A stretch of 62,693 nt of DNA, the filler included, from Rhabdomonas costata (taxonomy: Eukaryota): assembly GCA_019059605.1 (NCBI GenBank). It is 31 parts of 31 records of this genome, joined end to end, with 100 filler letters (N's around TTAATTAATTAA, not from the genome) between each part and the next. Parts side by side here need not be neighbours in the genome. Positions count along the whole stretch, not along the records: positions 22,288 to 24,213 come from JAHMHO010007314.1; positions 24,314 to 26,240 come from JAHMHO010007315.1; positions 26,341 to 28,266 come from JAHMHO010007316.1; positions 28,367 to 30,292 come from JAHMHO010007317.1; positions 30,393 to 32,317 come from JAHMHO010007318.1; positions 32,418 to 34,342 come from JAHMHO010007319.1; positions 34,443 to 36,367 come from JAHMHO010007320.1; 24 more parts are not named here. The stretch is one strand, 5' to 3'. The notes under the pieces are model-generated. The model saw only the letters and a program-made list of their open reading frames with translations, ran no database searches and had not been told where the DNA came from. Below, in pieces: positions 23,164-34,649 of this stretch; the stretch's first letter is position 1; every line of letters begins with the position of its first letter. The position numbers and the translations under genes were made by a program.

Positions 23164-23724
23164 CTGAACAGCTGAGGGGCGTAGAACGTGATAGCGTTGA
23201 TGCCAGTAACTTGCTGGAAGATCGGGATGAGTATGGCAAGCACCAGCTGGGGACGGTACCGGGGCTTCAGAATGGTAAGCCAGGGATTGCCCACCGAAGC
23301 CGCGGCCCTCGCAGCGAGGCAGATGTCCTCGAATTCCACGCTCACATCTGCGGAAGAGAAAACAGCAACGATAGGGCACGTCCATTTCGATTCATTGGTT
23401 GTTTCTCGACAATCAAAAAGCGTCCGCCCCCATTTTTACCCCTTACGGTACGCACTCAATGCACAGAACGAACATACTTGATCGAAACTTCAAAATCGCC
23501 CTCTACCTCTTTCCGCAAACCTTCAACTCCACGAATCTTCTGCAGCACCGCACGCGCCTCGTCCGCCTTCCCTCGGCTCACCATGCTGTTCGGGGTGTCG
23601 CTGAGGCAAATCGAGCCCACCGTCAGGACAATCGCGGGCACCCCTGCCAGAGCGAGCGAAAGCCGCCAGCCCCACTCCTCAATGCTTTGAGTACCGAAGT
23701 TGATTACTTGGGCGGCCAAAATGC
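23164..23724 (-). CDS. MFS sugar porter of the plant STP / Chlorella HUP hexose-H+ symporter type, internal exons
   Basis: Exons 23521-23724 and 23164-23347: WGWRLSLALAGVPA...DTPNSMVSRGK...LQKIRG, YRPQLV...FQQVTGINAITFYAPQLF. Confidence 0.92.
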
Positions 23725-25798
23725 CTGAAACAGGAGAGAATCCCCAGAAGCAGAAAACGCCAGAAACAAGATCAAAAAGTCTCGGTGCTGAGGACGGTCA
23801 AGTACACAATCCATGTCCAACTTTTGCTGGCACATACTTCTGGTGGAGAGAGGGGGCAGGGGGGCGGTATTTCTGTGGACTTGGGAGGGGATCCGGATCC
23901 GAGAAGAAACAAAATCTAAAGCACATCCATGAGTCAAGCGACAGTATGGAAGTCTCACGTCGACGAAGGTCCGTTGTGAGCACATCTCCAAGCGACAAGC
24001 GAACATGGTGACGGTCCCGGACCGATATAAGCGCCATGCCACCCCCAACAACGCCTCGTGTAAAAGACTGGGTCAAAAAACAAATGTCAGATTTCACTGA
24101 ACTTTCAACCAACGCAATCCAAAGAGGAACTGCAGGTGTTCAAAACGACAGAGTGGAACAGTTTACTAACAGACTTGTTTTTAGGAGGTAATGAAAAGAA
24201 AAGAACAAAACACNNNNNNNNNNNNNNNNNNNNNNNNNNNNNNNNNNNNNNNNNNNNTTAATTAATTAANNNNNNNNNNNNNNNNNNNNNNNNNNNNNNN
24301 NNNNNNNNNNNNNATGCCTCTTGTGCTAGCTTCCCATGTGACTGTTGTTCAATCTTAGCTTAAGCTTCAGCCCTAGATCCATTGTCTCCAGTCACTTGTC
24401 GCTGGCACCAGTTTGCAGCAGACTCGTGGTACGTCACAGTGAGCTTTTTTTGAACAATGGTAGCTCACCACAACAGTACCGAATGTCCAGGTCCACAGCA
24501 CTTGTACAGTTTGCAGCAGAGTGCGTGCAGACCAGCAGCCTTAAAGTGGGGACACCTTTGCTGCGGCCATTTCTGAGGACTGCGCCAAAAGCTCCTCACG
24601 AACTGAGACCCGGCACTGCGTCACACAGGACATCGTGTTCACCCAAAGCACTTCCAGGTGTTCCTAGGGAGCAAACAGATCCCAACGGCTCGCTGATGTT
24701 CAAACAGTGCAGTTATAACAGAATGCATGTGAAGGACCATGTCCGCAATTTTCATTTTTTTTTTGGGGGGGGGGGACGTCAAGCGCTCAATGGCTAGGGT
24801 TTCAACGTTTCAGGAAAAGGTTAACGCTTCTATATAAGGCAAACTTCTTGAACCTGCATTTGTCTGGAACTGCATCTTGATTTTGCCCTCCCAGACACTA
24901 AAAGCCGAAGGAAAATTTCAGCAGGAGTTCGGCTCCAACAAAAGACTTTTGAAGGCCCATTCAAACTTTCGACAAGGAAACTCAAAACCATAGCCTCGGT
25001 TTACCCTGTTTACGGCGCTGTGCATCAAGACAATGCGAACCGTTTTTTTCAAGCCTTCAAAGAATTGCCACAGGAAGTGAGAGGAGGGGCTCACAAACGC
25101 TATATTCCCTCCATGAAAAGCGACAAGGTGTGAAGGTGTGCGTGTTTTGCGAGTATGGGGGGAGAGGACCTTGGGCTGGGGCTGGGAATGAGCGTCGCTT
25201 TGGCTGTCGCCCTGCAGAACATGCTGCAACATGGCGGTTTTTCCTGCGCAGACGCACGGGGCGCACCAAACACACGTTCATATACCCGCGTTAGGTTGTC
25301 CAAGTCAGAAACCCTCGACCCGTCATCAGTGCTTACTCGACACGAAACATACTCAAACGAACAAACGAGAACAACCGACACTGTCCCTAAGTCAAAGAAG
25401 AAAACGAACCTCCGTGCAATAAAACACACCCACCAAATGAGTGGATGATCAGAAAAACAAACACAATGCACTTGATGCCATAAAGCTCGCCGATTTTTTG
25501 AGAGGTCGGTTTGTTCTATTGTCACTGCATGGCATGGCAGAGCTTGTAGCGAACGAGGAAGCAGGACGTCCATTTCTGGAATTCTGCATCATTAAAACAC
25601 TTTCAAAAGACAACATTGAGAGGCTTGTCAGGCGTACAGCACCCCTACTTGTATTCCTGTCCGCCCATTTGGTGGATGTGATTGTTTCCCTTTTTTGTTT
25701 TTGCGTCTTTTGTTTTCCTTGAGTCGTGGGTGTCCCGGTCAATCCCTCTGGCTGCAGCTGGCACAAGATTGTACAACACATGCAAGCACTCTTCTTAA

Positions 25799-25825
25799 GA
25801 GGGCTAAGCCAAAGCAGGATTGGGG
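25799..25825 (-). mobile_element. Very short remnant of the RLE-element 3' terminus
   Basis: gagggctaagccaaagcaggattgggg vs gagggctaagccgaagcaggcctgggg. Confidence 0.45.
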
Positions 25826-27634
25826 ACATTGGGGACCCACGATTTCGAGCATTGTTTCACATAGACAGCTTTGACATTGACCAGCATTGCAGGAAAGACC
25901 TGTCCCCGGCAGGCCGGAAATGTACATCGCACCGCCCCGGTCAAGCTGAATAGAAAACAAACAACCCAAAAAGATTCGCAACAGAGTGCCGTCCCAGGCT
26001 CGAGTTGTGACAGGGCCGTCCCCCCAACAGAACATCACTTTTTTTTTGACGAAGGAGCGCCCACCACAGACGTGATGACGTTCACTTATGATCGCACATT
26101 ACCTTATGACCTCATCGCCTTCTGCACCCCGGGCGTCAGCTGGGTTGGGGACTTTCAAAAATCACAGTCACACAATGCCATGGCTGACGCAAGGTGTGAA
26201 TAAATACCACAGGTCACACCACGTCAAGATTGGTCGAATTNNNNNNNNNNNNNNNNNNNNNNNNNNNNNNNNNNNNNNNNNNNNTTAATTAATTAANNNN
26301 NNNNNNNNNNNNNNNNNNNNNNNNNNNNNNNNNNNNNNNNGTGGGGGGTTGGAACGGAATTTTTTTCACCCCCTCCTGTAAGTCCCGAAATGTGTCCTTT
26401 TGAAAACCTTCTCGATATCTCAGTTTTGAGGAGAATCGTGCAATATCACTGCTCTGAACTTTTGCTTTGCTTTGGAGAGTCCTGAGGCGGATTTATCATC
26501 ACGATAGGAAGGGGGGGGGCAGTTGGGAAGGGATGGCAAAGCTCGTTTCAAAATGTCTGATAACACAGTAAAAAAAACATGGTCAATAGTTCTTTTGCTT
26601 CTCCGTCATTGCAACTTCCCCTCCAAAGACAGGACAGCACTTGCCCTCAAATTTTTTGTCCCCTTACCACCACACTCTTCTGTATACTTGCAATTTGCTC
26701 CTTTAATATTGGCGGAAGAAACCGATTTTGGCCGTTTGCGAGTTCTTTGCAAAGCGCACAGCTCCCTGGCCCCGTGCAGTCAATGCTATTTCCAAATCCA
26801 AATGGGGCTCACAGGCCTTCATAAAAGTTTACAGTGAGGTCTATGGGAGGAAAGGAGGAATTTGAGCTGGGGAGCTGTTCACCCTGAAAGAGAATTTTAA
26901 AATTAAGCTGCCGAATATGCACCCGACACCTGTGCATCCAAGTCGGTGCTGAGTGCTTAGCCAGACTCCTGCGAAGCGACCCAAATCGCAGTTTACAACG
27001 CATTCCATTGGATCCCCACCTCCACACTCACTGGTGCTATTCTCGTTGGCAGTGGAACACCATAAACAAGGGCTCTCCCCCTCGCCTGTTGATAATCGAA
27101 TCCACCTTACCAAACATATGTAGAGATGCGTTATTTACATGTGCTCAGCGCAACCATGGATCCCAGGTCAGAGTGGGGAAGGGGGGTGGGCGATGTCTTT
27201 CCTTTGGGTGCTTTGTGCTACTGGATTTGTGCACAGTGTTACGTCTTTTTGGTTGGAGAGTGCTGAGAAGTTTTTTCTTTTGAGGGACCCCTGCGGGGTT
27301 ATTTTTTCGGAATGGCGGACGCCGATGTGTCTTCTCAGGAGACCTATGTGCCAGTGTGTTGCTGCTGCGTGGGTGCAGAGCTTCTCTTTGTTTTGTGGAG
27401 TGTGAACGACTCCGGATTTATTTCATTTTTGCGCGTGCCCACGTGGTGATGAAATGGATCGCCCAGCCCTTCTTCCAGAAAGATTCCTGATTTGTCCCCG
27501 GGTTTAGTGGGATGATCTGTCATGCAAGATTGAGTCCGCCTCGTGGGGATGCTCCCTGGCACTGTTCGCGCACGCAGTCTCCTTTGCAGCATCTCTTCCA
27601 TCCTCCTCACTCTCCGTGTGGATCCCTCGCACAG

Positions 27635-27999
27635 GGAGCGGAGTGCTTCTTCCGGCATCCCACGGAGGGCTGGGTGCTAGGCGCCGTGCAGAGCGGGCCT
27701 GAGGGGGATCGCTACGTGGTGGAGAGCAGGGACCCCAACGCCGCCACGGGGAGGTTCTGCGCGTTCCATCTCCCCACACACAGCTACGCGGCACACGCAC
27801 CTCTTCTTAGAGCAAGACTTTGTGCCGCTGTTCACCTCCGATTCTCATTTATGATGCTGCTGCGGCATGCGGCAGTACCGCTTTTCTTGCGTGGGTTGTG
27901 TGGTGTATTGCTATGCTTCTCAGCTTCACTGTGAAGCTTTCGGAGTTGGCGCCTGTGGTGCAAGGGACCAAGGACCCGGTTCGGGACTTGCTGATGATG
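27635..27999 (+). CDS. Myosin N-terminal SH3-like region and start of motor domain
   Basis: Exons 27635-27753 (GAECFFRHPTEGWVLGAV) and 27924-27999 (...DPVRDLLMM). Confidence 0.7.
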
Positions 28000-28251
28000 G
28001 GGTTCACCGCCTGCAAAAATGACGAGCGAGAAAGAGAGCAAGAGAGCAGCAGATGGTGCCCATCCCCTGGAAGGACGAAATGAAAGAAAAAAAGGATGAA
28101 AAGATAAGCTCTGAATGGGGCATCCCTCCAGCGGACTTTTTAAAATGTGATCCGCACACACCAGCAGAATGGGCCCGATGTGGGTGTAAATCTGGTCCTT
28201 GAAGTACCGAGTCCGGACATGGTACAGCAGCGCAGAGTCGTGCAGGTAGGG
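27999..28251 (-). CDS. Myosin motor-domain exons, inverted relative to the upstream exons
   Basis: 28251-28162 PYLHDSALLYHVRTRYFKDQIYTHIGPILL splices to 28010-27999 AVNP, matching myosin YLhE..vL..l..RY....IYT..G.ILiAVNP. Confidence 0.9.
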
Positions 28252-29121
28252 CTGCGCACAACATTGNNNNNNNNNNNNNNNNNNNNNNNNNNNNNNNNNN
28301 NNNNNNNNNNTTAATTAATTAANNNNNNNNNNNNNNNNNNNNNNNNNNNNNNNNNNNNNNNNNNNNGTTTGTTGGTGCGTCCCAACCACCCCCACCTCCT
28401 TTTTTGAAAATGATGGGAAGATGAAGCCGAGTCTTAAATGAAAATAAGAATAGAACTCCTCCTCCGTATGGCCCACAATGTTTTTTCCTGCTCCTTCTCT
28501 CAGGTGTTCCATGGCATGCCCCCTAAGGCCTCGTTGCCTCTTGGCTCTTGGGGTGTCTGCAGTTCTTAGGAGGCTCTTTGTAGCCTGATACGTGGTGCTC
28601 TCAGCTCGGCGTTTTGTGTCCTATGTCATTGGAATGTTTATGTCAACTTTCCTGTCGTGCCGTCATGTTATTTTGCTGTTTTGTTGTTAGCTCAGGTGTC
28701 TGGTTTTGGCAGTAAGTTGTTCACAACTGATAATAGCCCCGTTGTTATGACCAAGATTTAAAAATATTGGACTCGTGTATATGGAGCAGAATCCTTTTCC
28801 CAGTAACTGCTGCATGTGTTTTGAATACCTGTGATTTTGTTTACAGTTTCCAGATTGCGACATTTGCACTGAATTGACTTGTCTCACTGTCAAGTTCCTG
28901 AAACTTTTCTTCTGTGGTGCATTGCGTTTATTGGCTGGAATGCATTGTGAGATCTTCTTAATGCAGCTCAAACGGAAGACGAAGGGTATTTGGTGTCAGA
29001 ACTAGTGTGTTCAGCTGGAATGTGCCTTGCTCTGGTAACCGGGAATCTCGGTTGGGATTCTCTGTCTCCTCATTTCTGTACATTTCAGCTTTAGCGTGCA
29101 CCACCACTATTGCACCAAACA

Positions 29122-30250
29122 ATGTATGGGACCATGACCACCCGCTTGCTAGCCATGCTGCTGGTCTTGGCAGCCCTCTGTACAGTTTCTCTCGGATCGG
29201 CCTGCAACATCACAGGCTTTGAAATCTTCTGCAGCTACTGGAATGCCTGCCAGGAGGCGCCCTCCACTTCAGCCTCCCAAAACGGGCAGTGCCTCTACAC
29301 CCGCGTGGTGGGGGCCTTTCCCACCTCCACTGTGGATTCCCTCCCGCTTTCTGGCTCCTACCGCCGTGTCGTATTCATCCAAGGCCCTGACGCCGCTATC
29401 CGAGCAGCTGGCCGTCACTGCACCCCAGAGGGCCGGGGTCGGATGCTCCTGAGCGTGGGCTGGACCAGCCCCAATGTCAAGGGCATGTTCGCCTTCACCG
29501 TCTTCGTGCTGCCGTGCGCTACTCTGGAGCCTATCGCACCGGCTTCGGTGTGGACCCTGGCCTCCGCGCCGATCTCGGCGGCGTGGAGCGGGGTCCGCCT
29601 GGCCACGGAGATTGCGTATGGAAACACTGCGGCGAACTCGGTGTGGGATGCGATGGCGCGGGATTATTCCTTTGCGGGCGGGGGCCTGGGCCCCAGCGGG
29701 GTAACCTTGTACGGGTACCCCTTCCTTGGTGTGTGTACCTTTGGAACCTACACCAGTGTGGGGTGCTGCACCAACGCCACCACTGTGGCTGCAGTGTATC
29801 AGGCCCTTGCCGATGCTTTTGCGGACCCAAAAGCTTCTCCGGCGACAGTGAACACGACATACACCAGCTCCCCGGTGCTGCGGGCCTTTCTCTCCAACTC
29901 TATGGGCCTGAACCCCTTCTTCAACGGTGACGGCCGCACCTTTGACGGCTGCACGGGCTACCACAGCGTGGTGGCCAACACGGAGTTTCTGATGCCCAAC
30001 AAGCGGGACGGCAACTGGGGCAACGCCACGGATTGCATCTTTATCTCGGACGTCACGGCGCAGAACCAGGGGTTCAGCTTTGTATGGGGCCCCGCGGGCC
30101 TGTGCACGGGGAGCGTGACCCCTTGCGATGACTCCAATGGCACAGTCGTGTCCAAGGCACTGTGCCAACAGATCTTTGGGATGTACCCGGCCTCTCTGGA
30201 ACCCTTCATCTTCGGCGGGGCCGTGGATGCATGCCCTGGATTGTGGCCAG
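29122..30250 (+). CDS. Secreted or surface Cys-containing orphan protein, long first exon
   Basis: Signal peptide MTTRLLAMLLVLAALCTVSLG; about 375 codons with strong GC3 bias; several N-glycosylation sequons; likely GT donor at 30251. Confidence 0.7.
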
Positions 30251-30392
30251 GTAGGCCAAGTGCTTTCCATGGGTCGGAGGTTCCACAAAACANNNNNNNN
30301 NNNNNNNNNNNNNNNNNNNNNNNNNNNNNNNNNNNNTTAATTAATTAANNNNNNNNNNNNNNNNNNNNNNNNNNNNNNNNNNNNNNNNNNNN

Positions 30393-30700
30393 ATTTAATT
30401 TTACACAAGACCCTTTATCTAGAAAGAAACTTCATCACCGTTGTTTAGGATACCGTAAGCTACGAAGCAATGTTTAGCAGGTCTTTCCTTTAAAAGTAAT
30501 CGTGGTTGACTTCTCCTGTGGAACCCGGTTTTCGTCACTAAAAAAGGTGTAAGATAAGACATAAGAACCAGAATCATTCAAATTCAACCAAGATTACTTT
30601 TAAAGGAAAGACCTGCTAAACATTGCTTCGTAGCTTACGGTATCCTAGACAACGGTGATGAAGTTTCTTTCTAGATAAAGGGTCTTGTGTAAAATTAAAT
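30393..30700. repeat. Long inverted repeat (117-bp arms, 2 mismatches, 74-bp spacer); MITE/fold-back-like
   Basis: 30393-30509 is the reverse complement of 30584-30700. Confidence 0.9.
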
Positions 30701-32766
30701 CCACACGTATTTTTTCTGGTCCTGAATTCCAAAACGCTAAGTTGAAAACTGATTTTGCTTATTTTAGAACAAAACTCGTGTGTGCGTGTGACTGTATTTT
30801 CAGGAGCCATATGGAGGGGTATTTCACATTATAACCTCCTCGAATCGACTTTTGCACATGATAACCTCCTCTTGTGCACACACCTCAGTGAATGACGTCT
30901 GGACGTTCCCGGGCAGGGCCAAGAAGTCAGTGGGAATGAAACACGGGAGTATAGATTGAGAGATACCTTAATCTAACACCGCAGCGAAAGCGAAGGAACA
31001 CGGGTGAACTTTCCCAGGTTCCCCCTAGGACAGGTTATTTTACCAGCAGGTGGTTGTATTAACTTAAACCCCAGGGGGTCCAGTACTCGCCTGCGCGCTC
31101 TCAAAGGTTGGACGCGGCGGGCCCTTCGCGGGACAGTTTTCACGTCGTCGTCAATTTCAGCAACAAACTCACGCTGGGACCACCTACCCATGGGGAGCGT
31201 AGACGCTCTGAGACACGCACACGGAAGCGACGAACACACGCATTGGGACACCGCCCGATCTTAGATACTGCTAGGAGGGTCCTGGCCCTGCTCAGCTCAG
31301 CCGTAATACAGTGCGTAACAACTGTGCATGTCGCCCTTCGTTTTTGTTGACAAATTTTGTTGCCGTTTGGTCGCTGTGGTTCTCAAGGGAGATGAGAACT
31401 TACGGCTGTGGAAGCACTGTGAGCATGGTGGCTCTTCAGGGATTTTTTTTGCTGTCTTTGCTGCTTCTATGGCAAGTTCCCGACGAGCCATGAGAAGTGT
31501 CTTCACCGGTATGCTCTATGCTGCCCATCTCTCTTTTCTTCTGTCACCGCCCGAATGTCTGACAACGTACTGGTTTCCCAGCTTCGAACAGGCTGAAAGC
31601 ACAGGTTGGCCCGAGTTTTGGCGAACAGGTTGAGGCTTCTCAAATTTAGGGCCTCACAGGTTTCACGCACTGCTGCTGGCTCTTACTACCAGAAACATGC
31701 TGACACGGGAACTTCTTAGGAAAGAGGAAGAAAGAAGAAAGGGGCTGCAACTCTTGAGGTCAGGCTAGTTCTGTGGCCCACGCCATTTAGCGCCATCTTC
31801 GCCATCAAGCAGCACTTACTGTCTGGCCCGGCTGGCGGGAACGCCCTTTTCTGCGTTGCTGAAAATTTGTTTGTGACGCCACTGCTGCGGGGGCGGGGGG
31901 TCCACATCCTCCAAGTGGTCCCCAGACCTACCACACCATCACCCTTGGGCTGTTTTCGCCCTCAGGTGCGGAAGGCCCTGAGGAGGGCGGGAGCCTGCCA
32001 GGGCTGACCCCTACCGCTGTAACCCCGACCACACCTCGGGAGATGTGGGCACCCCCCAGGGCGGCGCAGCCCTTGCCCTGCGCAGGCACGGCACCAGACG
32101 ACGAGGCGGAGCTTCCTTCATGGATCGAGGTCCCGCCCTTCTTCCGGGGGTCCCAAAAAAAATCACAGTTACTCTTGATATCATTGCAACACTGAGATGA
32201 GTAAGGGAGTGTGTTGTGGGGCTGTGTCAAGGTTGGAATCCATTTTCCAGCTGCGGGTCACTGAGCTGATTTTCAAGCTGGACATTCCTCCCCCCCCCAA
32301 CCAAACACACCCACCACNNNNNNNNNNNNNNNNNNNNNNNNNNNNNNNNNNNNNNNNNNNNTTAATTAATTAANNNNNNNNNNNNNNNNNNNNNNNNNNN
32401 NNNNNNNNNNNNNNNNNGGTTGTTTGTGTTTCCACTAAGTTCGTAACATTGAATACATGGGCAAACGTTTCCATTGAGTTTCAGTAGAAAGGGGGAATCG
32501 TCGTCCAGGAATCCCGTCTGTCCGTGCCCTCAACACCACACAACATCCCCCCCACCGCCGTACTTCAAACTGTTCCGATCTTGTGCAGGTGCTCACTGCT
32601 TCCATCAGATTACATATCTTGCATGGAATGTCCATTTTCGCTTTCTCTCTCCGCTCCTGCTGCAATAATGCGCAAAAGTCTTCGGGCCTGCAAACATTTT
32701 TCTTTGCATACGCTTTTCGACATTTTCTCACCACTCTCCTCTTCCAGCTCTCCCTGCCTGGCTCAC

Positions 32767-34136
32767 CTCGTCGAGGATCAGGCAGCCTGCCTTCATGGTC
32801 GCGAGGATGGACAGGCACAGCTTAGTCTGTGCGCTGAAGCCCTGCCGCTGCTCCTCGGTCAGGGGAACCACCCCCCTCCACCCGGAGCGGGAGCCCAGGC
32901 GCTTGCGGGCCTTCTTTTTCCCAATCAGCAGGGGGTTAATGTGCATGTCCTGCTCCAGCATATGCAGCACCTCAATGAACCGCAGGCACAGCGCCTTCAG
33001 CGAGGTTGGGTTGCACACCAGCAGCGCCCCGGCCTCCAGTGCGAACGTCACTTTGGCCTCCAGCACCGGCGAGAGCACTGTGGCGCGGTCGAAGCTGAAC
33101 GTCAGCACGGGGCGGTTGTGCAGGGGCAGGAAGCGGTCGCGCAGGGCCTGCCGCGAGAAGTCCAGCAAGGCGTGCGGCACACACAGCATCACCAGCTGCA
33201 GCCGGTCGGCCAGCAAAAGCCCCAGCAAGGGGGTCACCACAGTGGACTTGCCCTCCCCCATGAGCATCTGAAAGAGACGCAACAGGAAGGTGTTCCGAAG
33301 GAAGGACTAAAGTGCGATGAAAAGCAGCCCTCTCTGCATGAGTTCATTGTGTCTTTTTGGATGTGGAAGACTGCGATGAAAGCGTTCTGCACAGTCTCTC
33401 GACCATTATGGGGTTTCTGCTGCACCTCTGCTCGGCTACGACAAACACAATCTTCTTGGCATAGGCCCACCTGAGTGCAGATGCTGCTGTGTTTCTTCAC
33501 GCTGCTGGTCAGCCTCCTGACCAAGTCGACCTGCCCCTTCCGGAGGATCACGTTGTTCACGAATTCGAACACCAGCAGCCTGGGGTCGTACGTGAACGCA
33601 GTCGGGTGGCCTCCTCCCCCGCCCTTCTCTGTTACAGGGACAAAGATGTGCCGGGTGCAGGCCACGGCCCGCACCAGCTCGGAGACCTGGGCCAGTATAT
33701 CTGCACAGCTGACGGGGGATGTGACAGGGGACTCGGCATCCGTGGTGGTGGTCGCTTGAGAAGCAAGACCGCGGAGGACGGAAAGAAGAGACTCGGCCGC
33801 AGCGAGGCAGCGCAGGGCATGGCTGCGACGACTGACCACGAGCATCGCGGAGGCGAGCAGGCTGGTCAGGGTCTGCAGCATCTGCTCCGTAAGCAACGGG
33901 CACACGCACCGGATGATGCCTGCGTGGCAAGGACAGCGCACATATGAAAAGGGATATCACAAGGAAACTGCACAACACAACTTTGCACACTTTTTCAGTT
34001 TTTTCACGTTCCAAAAACGGAAGGATCGACAGGGTGGTGAGAGTCTGGCGGAGGCACCATCTCCATAGCGGGACATCATGCAGTTCAGCAGGAACCTCAG
34101 GTCCGCCTTGGGGATGGCCCCCGCGCTTTTCAGGAC
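32767..34136 (-). CDS. DUF3638-type P-loop/helicase-like domain protein, internal exons
   Basis: Exons 34058-34136, 33471-33919 and 32767-33267 are in frame; PRLLVFEF..NVILRKGQV, QMLMGEGKSTVVTPLL..LLAD, ILDE. Confidence 0.8.
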
Positions 34137-34442
34137 CTGCAGCGCAGCCTGCCGTTGCAGCGTTCGTGGGGATTCTCTCCTCACCCCGTGTTTTTGGCCA
34201 CCGCCCCAATTGCACAGGCACTACTATTTCACCGATAAATAGTGCTGCTTGCCCCTCTGTAGCATTTTGCCAGCGCAGTTCTGACCCCTCACGCCATCCG
34301 TACCGCCGCAGAGGACGAAAAGTACTTCAAGAAACCACACCANNNNNNNNNNNNNNNNNNNNNNNNNNNNNNNNNNNNNNNNNNNNTTAATTAATTAANN
34401 NNNNNNNNNNNNNNNNNNNNNNNNNNNNNNNNNNNNNNNNNN

Positions 34443-34649
34443 GTTTGTGTTTTACATCCTGTGGATCAAGCGGGACTCTGGTTGGACTTCGAGGAGCCAG
34501 ACACATTCCGTCAACGTAGCCAAAGCAGAACCAGTGCCAGCAATGGGATGTAAAGTAATGTCCGCTATCAACAAAGGCTGACACAGAGGACGGCATGAAG
34601 ACGAAGCCACCAGAAGTCCCGCTTGATCCACAGGATGTAAAACACAAAC
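34443..34649. repeat. 35-bp inverted repeat at a contig start (possible amplification fold-back)
   Basis: 34443-34477 is the reverse complement of 34615-34649. Confidence 0.85.

Noticed and set aside
25155-25240. ZIP-transporter-like GMSVALAVALQN on the + strand
   Set aside because: Lacks the HNxPEG motif, and the opposite strand gives an equally plausible first exon.
29269-30288. 339-aa minus-strand ORF and many similar overlapping ORFs in the track (e.g. 32524-33474, 61091-62194)
   Set aside because: Antisense or off-frame shadows of GC-rich exons, or read-through across introns.
34443-34649. Inverted repeat as a MITE
   Set aside because: It begins exactly at a contig start, no target duplication is visible, and it cannot be separated from an amplification fold-back.
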